64,000 bases of DNA from the human T2T-CHM13v2.0 reference genome, Homo sapiens. The stretch lies in NCBI RefSeq assembly GCF_009914755.1, contig NC_060942.1; one strand, given 5' to 3'. Positions within the stretch are counted from its first letter, which is position 1. Each line of letters begins with the position of its first letter. This document shows positions 11,830 to 25,054 of this stretch, one piece after another. The translations under genes and the position numbers were made by a program. The notes beneath the pieces are model-generated. The model had not been told where the DNA came from. It saw nothing but the letters and a program-made list of their open reading frames with translations, and searched no databases.

Positions 11830-14192
11830 CGTCGTTGTCCTGGGGTGGCCGAGACAAAGCCTCACAGACCCCCAGACAGGGCCGTGCGGACGGCGGGAAG
11901 GCAGGTGACAAAGCCTCATAGACCGACAGGGCCGTGTGGACGGCGGGAAGGCAGGTGACAAAGCCTCACAGACCCACAGACAGGGCGGTGCGGATGGCGG
12001 GAAGGCAGGTGACAAAGCCTCACAGACCCACAGACAGGGTGGTGCGGATGGCGGGAAGGCAGGTGACAAAGCCTCATAGACCGACAGGGCGGTGCGGATG
12101 GCAGGAAGGCAGGTGACAAAGCCTCACAGACCCACAGACAGGGCGGTGCGGATGGCGGGAAGGCAGGTGACAAAGCCTCATAGACCGACAGGGCGGTGCG
12201 GATGGCAGGAAGGCAGGTGACAAAGCCTCACAGACCCACAGACAGGGCGGTGCGGACGGCGGGAAGGCAGGTGACAAAGCCTCACAGACCCACAGACAGG
12301 GCGGTGCGGACGGCGGGAAGGCAGGTGACAAAGCCTCACAGACCCACAGACAGGGCGGTGCGGACGGCGGGAAGGCAGGTGACAAAGCCTCACAGACCCA
12401 CAGACAGGGCGGTGCGGACGGCGGGAAGGCAGGTGACAAAGCCTCACAGACCCACAGACAGGGCGGTGCGGACGGCGGGAAGGCAGGTGACAAAGCCTCA
12501 CAGACCCACAGACAGGGCGGTGCGGACGGCGGGAAGGCAGGTGACAAAGCCTCACAGACCCACAGACAGGGCGGTGCGGACGGCGGGAAGGCAGGTGACA
12601 AAGCCTCACAGACCCACAGACAGGGCGGTGCGGACGGCGGGAAGGCAGGTGACAAAGCCTCACAGACCCACAGACAGGGCGGTGCGGATGGCGGGAAGGC
12701 AGGTGACAAAGCCTCACAGACCCACAGACAGGGCGGTGCGGACGGCGGGAAGGCAGGTGACAAAGCCTCATAGACCGACAGGGCGGTGCGGATGGCAGGA
12801 AGGCAGGTGACAAAGCCTCACAGACCCACAGACAGGGCGGTGCGGACGGCGGGAAGGCAGGTGACAAAGCCTCACAGACCCACAGACAGGGCGGTGCGGA
12901 CGGCGGGAAGGCAGGTGACAAAGCCTCACAGACCCACAGACAGGGCGGTGCGGACGGCGGGAAGGCAGGTGACAAAGCCTCATAGACCGACAGGGCGGTG
13001 CGGACGGCAGGAAGGCAGGTGACAAAGCCTCACAGACCCACAGACAGGGCGGTGCGGACGGCGGGAAGGCAGGCGACAAAGCCTCACAGACCCACAGACA
13101 GGGCGGTGCGGACGGCGGGAAGGCAGGCGACAAAGCCTCACAGACCCACAGACAGGGCGGTGCGGACGGCGGGAAGGCAGGCGACAAAGCCTCACAGACC
13201 CACAGACAGGGCCGTGCGGACGGCGGGAAGGCAGGCGACAAAGCCTCACAGACCCACAGACAGGGCGGTGCGGACGGCGGGAAGGCAGGCGACAAAGCCT
13301 CACAGACCCACAGACAGGGCGATGCGGACGGCGGGAAGGCAGGCGACAAAGCCTCACAGACCCACAGACAGGGCGGTGCGGACGGCGGGAAGGCAGGCGA
13401 CAAAGCCTCACAGACCCACAGACAGGGCGGTGCGGACGGCGGGAAGGCAGGCGACAAAGCCTCACAGACCCACAGACAGGGCGGTGCGGACGGCGGGAAG
13501 GCAGGCGACAAAGCCTCACAGACCCACAGACAGGGCGGTGCGGACGGCGGGAAGGCAGGCGACAAAGCCTCACAGACCCACAGACAGGGCGGTGCGGACG
13601 GCGGGAAGGCAGGCGACAAAGCCTCACAGACCCACAGACAGGGCGATGCGGACGGCGGGAAGGCAGGCGACAAAGCCTCACAGACCCACAGACAGGGCCG
13701 TGCGGACGGCGGGAAGGCAGGTGACAAAGCCTCACAGACCCACAGACAGGGCGGTGCGGACGGCGGGAAGGCAGGTGACAAAGCCTCACAGACCCACAGA
13801 CAGGGCGATGCGGACGGCGGGAAGGCAGGCGACAAAGCCTCACAGACCCACAGACAGGGCGGTGCGGACGGCGGGAAAGTAGGCATCCTCCCTCCCCTGA
13901 GGCCGCAGCCGGTGCTGAGCTCTGCGGGGAAGCCGTCTCAGCCTCCCTCCAGCCTCCCTGGGCCTGGCGCTGCTTCGCTGTCTCTGCCTCCGTCGTGTGG
14001 TGTCTGTGTGTCTGTGTCTTTGTGGGCTCTTCCTCAGGGCCTCGGTTGTGGAGTGTGAGGGCCCCTGCCCGGGACCTCATCCCAGCTGCTCACCTCAGCA
14101 ACAACCCTGTTTGCAAACAAGGCCCCACTCTGAGTCCCGGGCTCAGGACTTCACCCTGTGAGTTTCTGGGAGACACAGGTCAACCCCCGGCA
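11830..14192 (-). mobile_element. MLT1 (MaLR) solo LTR, GC-shifted, interrupted by a 54-bp VNTR
   Basis: Left flank CCTGGGGTGGCCGAGACAAAGCCTCACAGAC resembles MLT1 CTAGGGCTGCCGTAACAAAGTACCACAGAC. Right flank GACCTCATC...CCCTGTTTGCAAACAAGG...CAGGACTTCA...GGGAGACACAGGTCAACCC resembles the other end of MLT1. Confidence 0.65.
11853..13884. repeat. 54/50-bp CpG-rich VNTR, 38 units
   Basis: Unit GACAAAGCCTCACAGACCCACAGACAGGGCGGTGCGGACGGCGGGAAGGCAGG(T/C). Five 50-bp variants occur at units 2, 5, 7, 18 and 22. Confidence 0.98.
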
Positions 14193-15405
14193 GAGGTCCC
14201 GGACTTGGTCTCTGTGGGGATGGCGGGGGTCGGACGCCCACCCCACCACGGGCCTCCCTGCTCCAGGTGGATCCGTGGGCTGCAGGCCCCACCCTCACCC
14301 AGAGGACTCTGAGCTGGGGAAGAGGCTGGAGGAGAAAGGAGCCTCTGCCTTGCTGAGGATTTCCCAAGCCGAGACCTTGGACGACCTCAGCCCGACTTCA
14401 TCTGAAACTCTGATCAATAAATAAACATCTGATAATGACATCTTCCCACGGCATCCCCCACGCCCGTGGGTCCCGGGGCCGCGTCCGCCCTGCTGCTCTG
14501 GGATGGGAGTCGTTTTACCCATGGGGCTCCCTGGGGTGCCCGCCCTGCAGATCCTGAGGCTCCGGGAGGCCATGCCCGTGACTCAATGGGGAAGAACAGG
14601 CTGGGACTGCCGGCGTCTGAAGCCCTCTCCTCCCCTGTGAGCTTGGGCAACGCGGCGGCATGCGGCTGCAGCCACTGGGAACGAGCCTGGCTTTGGGGAC
14701 TTGACTTGGCCGTCAGGCGTCGCGGGAGCCCCTGCTGCGGGCTGAGAAGAGCAGCCATCCTGGTCACACCCCTCGGAGCAGCTTCTCAAGGCTTTTGGAG
14801 GGAGGAGCTTTCACAGCCTTAATGCCACCGTGGGAACCGGGAGAGAGAGTCCCACGGAAATTCATGGAAAGCTCTGCTGAAGACCATTTAGGCTTCTGTC
14901 TCCTGAACTTAAACCTGGGTAAGGCGAGTGTAAAGGAAACGCCTGCGTTTGGCGGGGCTGGGTTTCAGCAGCTCACACCCAGGGAGACACATTTGGCAGC
15001 CGAGGCCACCGCCGTCCTCAGGCGTGGGTTCCGTGACTCAGGGAGGACCCGCCCACTGATTCACCGGCGCACCTGCCCCGTCCCGAGAAACCTGGTTCTC
15101 CTGGGGCTGACCCAGCCTAACCCAGGCTCCCCAGGGAGACTCGGAAAGCACTTCCAAGAGGCTTCTGCTCACCCGGGCCCTCCACGTCCACGGCTGGATG
15201 TCTCATCAACAGTCACCTGTCACTGAGTGCCGGATAAAGAAGGCGGTGAATGAACTAGCGGTGGGTGAATGGCACCTAACACTTAGAGCCGCATCAAGAA
15301 CCCACGGAAAAGAGACGGGCAGGCCAGAGGCTGCCTCTCGGGCGGTTCCTAATCTCAGGGGCAACAGGCGCCCACCCTGCTGTGCCAGCAGCCATGCCAC
15401 AGCTG

Positions 15406-15480
15406 TCCCCACGCCATCTCCTGCCCCCACATCGTCTCCTGCCCCCACATCGTCTCCTGCCCCCACGCTGTCTCCTGTCC
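15406..15480. repeat. 18-bp tandem repeat x~4
   Basis: TCTCCTGCCCCCACATCG repeated. Confidence 0.85.
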
Positions 15481-18016
15481 CTTCTGTCCCTCCTGGGGTC
15501 CCTTGGCCTCGAGGTCTGCTCCCACCCTAACCTCTCAGACCGCATGGAGGGGCAAGTGGCTGAAAACTCCTGAAGGGCTGCACTGTGAAGAAGGACGGGA
15601 CTTCAGCAGCACGCGGAGCCTGAGGCTAAATGCTGCAAAACACAGCACCGGCCTCCCGCTCCCGTTCCCGCACCCTGAGGACGCGCTGGCTGATTGTGGC
15701 ACGCGTGCCTTCCGAGCCCAGATGTCCCTTCCTGACACGCCGGCAGCAGCCACCGCGGATTGTTGGCCTCTTTGCCGTTCTGCCTTAAGCTGACGTTTTG
15801 GCGATGTTGGTGCTGGAACTTCAAACCTCGGTGTGGAAGGAAGGGACGCCGAGGCCCCTGGCCTGCCCGAGGTCATGCCTCCCTCTTGCCTGAGGTTACC
15901 CCTATTCTAGGGACACCCTTAGAAATGGCAGCATTGCTCTAACTGGCTGATTCAAACAGAGGGCTCTCCAGGGTAGAATGTGTTTCTGCATTGGGGTGCA
16001 TGGCACAAGAGCCTCCGTGATTCACAGGGAAGATGGACCTGCTGGCTGAGGGTCTCGCTGTCGTCTAAGGACGACTAAAAACAGAGCAAGGTGGTTTCTG
16101 CCCCCACAGTTGTTGATCAGTTTCACGTGTCTGTCCCATTTGGCTTGAAAAACTAAGTAAGGGGCGAACCTGAGCCCCAAAGTCGTGCATAGCCGTATTT
16201 ACCTCTCAGTCCCCGGTAACTGGCAGGTGGATGTCACAGTCTTCACTGTCCCCGGTATCTGTGGATGTCACCGTCTTCACTTTAAGGGTGACTGGGTTAG
16301 CCTCAGAGGGTCGGCCTGCAGCCTTCCCGGCCCAGTGTCTGGCAGAGCTTTGCCAAGCGGCTCCCAGAAAGTTACCACCCAAGGGCATCTCACGCAATCC
16401 TTCGTGAAACTCTTCGATACCCAGGAGTATTAACATTGCTGTTTAAACCACATCTTGTTTGTCCTCCTAAATTCTAAGCAGGAGGTGGAAAGCACATTAC
16501 AGAGAGCCTGTGGCACTCACACAAACACAGCAAAGCTTCCTGATTTGGTTCCAGTCCTGGACCAGCAGCTCCTTGGAGTGGTGGTGAGATGTGAGGATCC
16601 CCAGGCCAGCTTCCCTGGGCGAGGAGAGCTAAGCCACCCTGGCAAGTGCCCATCCTCTTCCTCCTCCCTCCCCTCCTCCCCTGTCTTCTTTTTTACTGGG
16701 AGAAAATGCTTTATAGTTTCTGCTTGGTCCACGGCCCAGGGAGGTCTTGTGGTTGGAGGGAGAGCTTAGACAGAGGCTGCAAGGCTGAGAGTGGGCCCTG
16801 CAAGGCAGCCGCTGCTGGGAGTCTCCTGGTCAGCTGGAGACCCTGCCTGGCCAGCGGGGTGTGAGGTCAGGGATGGCCTGCCTTCCAGCGAGTCTCACTG
16901 CCTTTGTCAGGAATGATTTCAGGAAGTCACAGAGATGGGGTCTGTGCAGGCAGAACCAAGGCGTGCGGACCAGCAGGGCTCCGCTGTTCTTGGGGCTCAA
17001 GGTCAGTGGCAACCAGCGGCTAACAGCAAAGAGGGTGTGGGGCTGGTCCTGGAGGCAGGGACAGCCAGAGACAGGCTGCAAGCGGGGCTGGGGGCCACCA
17101 GACCATTCCTCAAACACCAAGGGCGCAGGAGGCTGGCAGTGGGAGCCCTGGGTGCCCCGGGGGCGACTTCTGGACCCGCTGGGCTGTTTCCGCACCCGGC
17201 TTCCCTCCCTCAAGCTTGCGGCCGGGTGTGGCTCCCTCAACCTCAGCGCCGACCTCCGTGTCTGCGCGCTCTCTCTCTACCTTCCTCATCCGCGGGGTCA
17301 GGGGTCACACGGCACCGTCGCCTGGGTCTCCGAGCAGGGAGAGTCGAGTGCTGACTCTGCCAGAAGGCTGGAAACGTTACCTTAGGTGGAAAAGTATCTT
17401 CAGCCATCTCAAACTCCCTGAGAAGGTGACGAAAGTTATCCGGAGAATCCAGAAGTGCGACGAGAAACAGATCACAAGCTTGATTCAGACGGGTGTTTAG
17501 GAACTAGGAACACAGTTTAATTGAATTTTCTGGTGAGTGCATGATTAACAGGAAACCCCTTTTTTCTGTTGTATTTTGTTGAAAAAGATCTTGCTGAAAT
17601 TATACCTATTGTCCTTCTTAGTAAGTAGATAAAAACAAAGAAACTAAAAAGCTCCTGTCTCTGATTGCTGGCATCTTAGCTGGTTTCCCCTCGCGCGAGC
17701 AACAAAGGCTTCTGTGCTAGCGGCGCCTTTCGGGATGGGGCCCCGACGCATGTGTGGGGCTCTGGAGTGGAGGCGCAGAGGGGCTGAGAGCCGAGGCTGG
17801 GACGCCTTCATGGACTGGTTATCATGGCCGCGTTGCAGACGACCCCAACACTGAGCCGCGTCCAGCAGCAAACGTGCACCTCATCCCCAACACTGAGCCG
17901 CGTCTGCAGCGAAGGAGCTGCGTGACCTCCCTGGGTTTGATGGGCTCAGGGCCTCTTGCTAGTGTGAGCCTAGCTGTTGCTGTGTCTCAGCACCACCATC
18001 ATCTCCAGGTGCATGG

Positions 18017-18700
18017 GAGAACCCTCTCCAAGAGAACCCTACCCCAGGAGAACCCCCCCAGGAGAAGCCCCCTCCAGGAGAAGCCCCCCAGGAGAAGCCC
18101 CCTCCAGGAGAACCCCCCCAGGAGAAGCCCCCTCCAGGAGAACCCCCCCGGGAGAAGCCCCCTCCAGGAGAACCCCCCCGGGAGAAGCCCCCTCCAGGAG
18201 AACCCCCCCGGGAGAAGCCCCCTCCAGGAGAACCCCCCCGGGAGAAGCCCCCTCCAGGAGAACCCCCCCGGGAGAAGCCCCCTCCAGGAGAACCCCCCCG
18301 GGAGAAGCCCCCTCCAGGAGAACCCCCACGGGAGAAGCCCCCTCCAGGAGAACCCCCCTGGGAGACTCCCCCCCAGGAGACCCCCCCCGGGAGACTCCCC
18401 CCCCAGGAGACCCCCCCTCCAGGAGAACCCTCCCAGGAGACTCCCCCCCAGGAGAACCCTCCCAGGAGACTCCCCCCCAGGAGATCCCTCCCAGGAGACT
18501 CCCCCCCAGGAGAACCCCCCCAGGAGACTCTCCCCCAGGAGACTCCCTCCTCCAGAACCCCCCAGGAGACTCCCCCCCAGGAGACTCCCCCTCCAGGAGA
18601 CTCCCCCCCAGGAGAACCTCCCCAGGAGACTCCCCCTCCAGGAGACCCCCCCCTCCAGGAGACTCCCCCCCCAGGAGACTCCCCCCCCAGGAGAACCCCC
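18017..18700. repeat. C-rich minisatellite: 30-bp unit x~10 grading into degenerate 15-16-bp subunits
   Basis: CAGGAGAACCCCCCCGGGAGAAGCCCCCTC repeats, followed by CAGGAGACTCCCCCC variants. Confidence 0.95.
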
Positions 18701-19482
18701 AACATCCACAAGCCCCCATAACTGGCTGTCAGCTGGAATCTCAGCTTCTTGCATGGCAGCAGCTCCCCTCCCAGCACGGAGGGAGAGTGGACAGCCTGAG
18801 ATGCTGTGAGCACCAGGGGGTGAGGTCACTGGGGCCGTCTAGAGGCTGCCCAGCCCGGCAGACAGCACGGCCACCTTTATGGCCAAACCCTTCTGGAGGC
18901 CTTGCTGGAGTCTTGGGGCTGCTGACTCCACAGACGAGGAAAGGCTGAGGAGAGGCCATGGCTCCTTTCTGCAGGGAGTAGTGGCCCAGCGAGAGACGGT
19001 AGAGGGGACTGAAGCAGGTCCACAGAGGTCCCCACATGCTGGGGATTCCTGAGGCCCTCACTCCTCACAGTGCCACGAGTCTGGCCCAGTGACCTTCGCC
19101 CAACCTGGCCCTTCTCAGCAACATGCAGTAGAGGCGCCCAGGTCTACAGAGAGGGCAGGCCCAGGCGGGCCGGTTCCATGGAGAGGGGGCCTCCTGTCTG
19201 CTTCCGGTTCCTGGTGAGGGACGCCCCCGGATGTTCTCCTCCTAATGGGACCGCCCTGCTGAGGGCTGGGGAGCCTGAAACGCTGTGGGTTGAGACTGAG
19301 GGCTTGTCCATGGGCCCCCAAAACCAGGGCACACGTGATGGGCATGCCCCCGAGACAGGACTGGGAGGGACGCACTGCGGGTGGGACAGGAGCCTGGAGA
19401 GGGAGGTGGCTGAGCAGGCCAAAGGGGGGTACTGGGGCTGCTCCCAGGCCGAGGGCAGCCAAGGGGACCGAACGTGGCTCCT

Positions 19483-20088
19483 TCCCAATCTCACTCTCCC
19501 TGTCTGTCCCAATCTCAATCTCACTCTCCCTGTCTGTCCCGATCTCACTCTCCCTGTCTGTCCCAATCTCACTCTCCTTGTCTGTCTGTCCCGATCTCAC
19601 TCTCCCTGTCTGTCCCAATCTCACTCTCCCTGTCTGTCTGTCCCGATCTCACTCTCCCTGTCTGTCCCGATCTCACTCTCCCTGTCTTTCTGTCCCGATC
19701 TCACTCTCCCTGTCTGTCCCGATCTCACTCTCCCTGTCTGTCCCGATCTCACTCTCCCTGTCTGTCTGTCCCGATCTCACTCTCCCTGTCTGTCTGTCCC
19801 GATCTCACTCTCCCTGTCTGTCTGTCCCGATCTCACTCTCCCTGTCTGTCCCAATCTCACTCTCCCTGTCTGTCCCGATCTCACTCTCCCTGTCTTTCTG
19901 TCCCGATCTCACTCTCCCTGTCTGTCCCGATCTCACTCTCCCTGTCTGTCCCGATCTCACTCTCCCTGTCTGTCTGTCCCGATCTCACTCTCCCTGTCTG
20001 TCTGTCCCGATCTCACTCTCCCTGTCTGTCTGTCCCGATCTCACTCTCCCTGTCTGTCCCGATCTCACTCTCCCTGTCTGTCCCGATC
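19483..20088. repeat. 24/28-bp pyrimidine-rich minisatellite, ~23 copies
   Basis: TCCCGATCTCACTCTCCCTGTCTG with or without an extra TCTG. Confidence 0.97.
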
Positions 20089-21030
20089 TTGGCCGATCCA
20101 GACAAGCTGCTCCCTTCAGCTGCTCAGGTTCAACCTCTCAAGACTCCGGTGACTCGGTGGCCAGCCTCGTACTTCCCCCGTCCACCTCCTCACCACTGTC
20201 CTCTGCCAGGGGCCCACAGGCCGCCTTGTCCGGCGAGCAAGGACTTGCTACCTCTCAGGCTCCCGGCCCAGCCCCAGGCACCTTCCCCGACCCTGGTCTG
20301 CACAGCTCCAGACCCTGCTCGGAAGCTGCAGAGCTGGGAAACCTCATGGCATTGCGGCTGTGCTCAGAAGGCATGACCAGCCCCTCCGCCAGCCTGAAGT
20401 GGCCAGGCGTGTGCAGGGGGCTTGAGGGGGATGGGGAAAGGCAGGGAGGGTCTGTCTGGTTGGTGAGTCCAGTCCCCTCAGCTCTGCCCTGGATGCCTTG
20501 TGTAAGAGCAGGGGCTGTCTCGTGTTCACAGGTCGCAGGGCATCGTGACCATCTCAGATGTGGGCCACCATGACACGGGCGTGACATGATTGAAGAGGAA
20601 GCCCTGAGCTTCAGGCATGGGGTGCTGGGTGACGTTTAATGATGTTCCTCAGGAAATTCCTAATGATCGGTGAAATTGAGGATCTATTTTCAGAGAAGGT
20701 GCCAAGAAAGGAACTCCCCTACAGAGTGGGGAACGCCTCCTCCTTCTCCACGTCCAGGCTGGAGGGGTGTGGAGCCCTCCCTGAGCACCAGGGACCCCTG
20801 GAGACCCCTGTGGACCCCTGGAGACCACTCAGATCCCTGAGATCCCTGCCAGCCTCCAAGGGCAGCTCTGACCAGGCAGGAGGCCCCAGCCTTGAAGCCC
20901 ACAGTGAAAAGTGTCCAGAAGAGAAGCCGAGGTTCTGCTTGGAGCCAGTGAAGCCCAGGAAGCTCATGGTGCCCAAATCTCAGGCAGGGGATGGAGTTGG
21001 GAGCAAGAAGGCGGGCACCCACCTACCCCA

Positions 21031-21282
21031 GCATCTGCCGTGTGGACGGGAAGTGCACGCTGTCTGCCATGGGGATGGTGGGTGTAGCGATTTGCAGTGC
21101 GTTTTTCTGGGTGGGCGGGAAAAGACCTTTCCTGTCTGCTCTGCCGTGGCCGATGGCATCTGCCATGTGGACGGGAAGTGCACGCTGTCCGCCATGGGGA
21201 TGGTGGGTGTAGCGATTTGCAGTGCGTTTTCCTGGGTGGACGGGAAAAGACCTTTCCTGTCTGCTCTGCCGTGGCCGATGGC
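21031..21282. repeat. 125-bp tandem duplication x2
   Basis: GCATCTGCC...GTGGCCGATG at 21031 and 21156, near identical. Confidence 0.95.
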
Positions 21283-21432
21283 CTCTCCCTCCTCTCAGCT
21301 GCTCAGGTTCCACTGAATCTTGACCTTAAGGGGCCTAAAATCTTGACCTTAAGAGGCCTGTTGGTTGTTAGTTGATAGATACCTGGACCAGGGGTCTCCA
21401 AGTAGGGCAAGAGTCTCCACAGCACTGTGACT

Positions 21433-21595
21433 TTAGCCAGGCGTGGTGGTGATGGAGCCTGTGGTCTCAGCTACTCAGGAGGCCGAGGCGGGAGGATTGC
21501 TTGAGCCCGGGAGGTCATGGCTGCTGTAAGCCGAGATTGTGCCATTGCACTCAGCCTGGGCAACAGAGCAAACCCTGTCTCTAAAACAAACACAC
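21433..21595 (+). mobile_element. Alu right arm (AluJ-like, 5'-truncated)
   Basis: TTAGCCAGGCGTGGTG...GGAGGATTGCTTGAGCCCGGGAGG...CAGCCTGGGCAACAGAGCAAACCCTGTCTCT followed by an A-rich tail. Confidence 0.9.
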
Positions 21596-21625
21596 GGAAA
21601 ACGAAAGAAGACGAAAGAAGAGCCT

Positions 21626-21838
21626 GGGTTCGTGTGTTCGTGGGTTCGTGGATTCGTGGGTTCGTGGGTTCGTGTGTTCATGGGTTCGTGGGTTCGTGGG
21701 TTCATGGGTTTGTGTGTTCATGGGTTTGTGGGTTCGTGGGTTCGTGGATTCATGGGCTCGTGTGTTCATGGGTTCGTGGGTTCGTGGATTCGTGGGTTCA
21801 TGGGTTTGTGTGTTCATGGGTTCGGGGGTTCGTGGGCT
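21626..21838. repeat. 8-bp repeat (GGGTTCGT/GTGTTCAT)n, ~26 copies
   Basis: Directly visible 8-mer periodicity. Confidence 0.95.
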
Positions 21839-22849
21839 TCTTTGGGTGCCACATAGAACATTTGAGGGTGTGGATTTTAGCAGGGAAGGGAAAAGGCACA
21901 GGAAGAAGTAGGGGTGCAGAGGCAGCTATGGCTTCTCGAGATATAATTTTGGTGTGATGGAAGGTTAAGGGCAGGCGTTGATAGGAGCAGCTTCACTTTT
22001 CTGTGAGCTGAGAATGGGACCATCGGTCCGCTGGGCCCTGCGTGGCGCTGACCTCTGTGGTTGGGGCCTGGTGGTGTGGGCTGCTGGGTGTCTGCGGATG
22101 GCTGCATTTCAGTCTTGAATGCTGGGAAACTCCCCGCAGTCCGAGGATGCCTGGCCATGGTGTTCTCTCTGATGATGCCACACGTATGATCATCCCGGGA
22201 CCACATTCTCACAGCAAGGAGAGGGAAGAACACAATATTCCCTGCCGAGAATAAGATGCCTCTTCATGATGGCAAGCCTGGTAACTTGGCAATTAATCCT
22301 CGGTGCCAGGAATCCTCATGCCGAGAGGGACAGATGCTCCTTTGTTTGGCTCCCGGCACTCAGTCGACACCTCTGGTTACGGTGACACAGGAGAGCGTCG
22401 CTAGAGAGGGTGGTGGCATCCCAGGCTGTGTCTGCTCTGCCGGGCCAAGGCGTGGTCACCTGGCGCCCAGGGAGTAGAACAGGAAGTGCTCAATTACCAG
22501 GCCCCTGACAGGCCACGTGTGGGGGGCACGATTCATTGATAAAGCAGGGCCCGTCCTGCAGGTGCCCCCGGAATGGCCCTGCTCCACTGGGAGTGGCGGG
22601 GGTTAGGGACGGCAGTTCCCTGACCTGCAGGAGGGAGCGGAAGAGGCTCGCAGGCTTGTGCAGGGGAGTCGGGAGGCGGGCAGAGGACGGACCCGGTGGT
22701 GAGGGCTGAGCTCTTGCCGTCCTGGTGGCCTCATCCCATCTGGGCTACAGCATGGTCAGCGCCTTTCTTAGAGGGCACCTAAAATGAGACCTCCCTGGAG
22801 ATTTGATGCCACCAGGAACTTACTGCTAAACTTGTATGTGTGGGGAGAG

Positions 22850-23395
<546 letters not shown>

Positions 23396-24230
23396 TTTCC
23401 ACAACATAAAGTCAAATATAGTCCTGGAGTAGAAGTTGCCCATTCACATTTTCTGTGTCTTCATTCTGAGAGCTGAAAATATCTGCAAGACAAGGGCTCA
23501 TGAGACCCTCTGTTTAAAACCCAAGGCTCGCAGACTCTCCGTCCACACCACGTCAGCCTGCCGTTGCCACCATCCCCCAAGTCAGCTCGGCTGTCTATGC
23601 CAGACTCCTCCACAACTCTCCGCACTATTTGGTATATAACATGCTCAACAAAATGCGGCTCTTATCACCATCAAATTATTTTCCATGATAGGAGTTTTGA
23701 TAGGGGTTAGGCGGAAAAAGTATGAGGTTAGAGGAAGGGATGACCAAGGATGCAGAAACAGGTACTAAGGGCACCAGAACTAACCTTTGCTAATTTATGG
23801 CGTGTCGTGGGCATTCAATAGATTGCCTATGGTAAGGAGTTTAAACTTGCGTATTGAAGTAGCCCCACATTAAAATAATAATAACCAATGGGTTGAAGAT
23901 TATATTGTCGGCAGAAGTTTTATGTTGGACTCATCCTAGTTTGTACTTTCAGCTTGAGCATGAGTGGAAATTAGGAAGCTCATCTCATCTTCCGACACCA
24001 TGGTTCTAAGGGAACGAGCAGAAGGAACCTGTCTCAGATCTCAGGGGTGCTTACAAATCCCCACAAATACCTCTGCTTATGTCGAATTAGGGCATCCAGG
24101 AACTTCTTACCGCTTAGAGAACAGGCCTGATTGCCAAAATAACGTTCAGGCTCTGTAAATATCAGCCCGCTGGCCTCAAGTAATTCCCCCCGTGTTTAAG
24201 AAGGCCAAGCATTAGGAAACCTGAGCGTTA

Positions 24231-24569
<339 letters not shown>

Positions 24570-24689
24570 TTATCATCAAGTGTCACCAAGTCGTCTTGTC
24601 ATTTTAAATAAGTCAATCATTAAGGAAGATTTTTCTATGAATTTTTTATTATAAAAATAATCATTGAGGAAGAATTGCCTATTGTTTCC

Positions 24690-24874
24690 TTTTTTCTGTT
24701 TTTTGTTTGTTTGTTTGTTTTTATTTAAGACAGGGTCTCACTCTGTTGCCCAGGCTGCAGTGCAGTGGCTCAGTCATAGCTCACTGCAGCCTCAGCCTCT
24801 TGGGCTCAAGTTATCCTCCTGCCTCAGCCTCTCAAAGGGCTAGAATTACAGGCACATGCTACCAGGCCTAGATA

Positions 24875-24924
<50 letters not shown>

Positions 24925-25054
24925 TTCAGATTTTTGTAGAGATAGGGTCCCACTATGTTGCCCAGGCTGGCCTTGAATTCCAGGGCTCAAGCAATCCTCC
25001 CACCTCTGCTTCCTGAAGTGCTAGGATTATAGGCATGAGCCACTGTACATGGCC
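24690..25054 (-). mobile_element. AluJ-like with (TG)n + poly-T expanded in the linker
   Basis: AGACAGGGTCTCACTCTGTTGCCCAGGCTG ... GAGCCACTGTACATGGCC; (TG)n at ~24877-24907. Confidence 0.95.

Noticed and set aside
12074-14080. Repetitive ORFs (SPAFPPSAPPCLWVCEAL)n and a CRISPR-like appearance
   Set aside because: The 54-bp unit is divisible by 3 and open in several frames on both strands. Units are contiguous with no unique spacers, and there are no cas genes in this eukaryotic DNA.
23590-23790. Minus-strand peptides FCILGHPFL and LMVIRAAFC...GGVW, reminiscent of Mononegavirales L-protein motifs (an endogenous viral element), or a NUMT
   Set aside because: The motifs are in different frames, contain stops and have the wrong spacing. 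The + strand (TGGTATATAACATGCTCAACAAAATG; GGCATTCAATAGA) is more simply explained as MIR/L2 tail remnants. A BLASTX or HMM search against viral L proteins would settle it.
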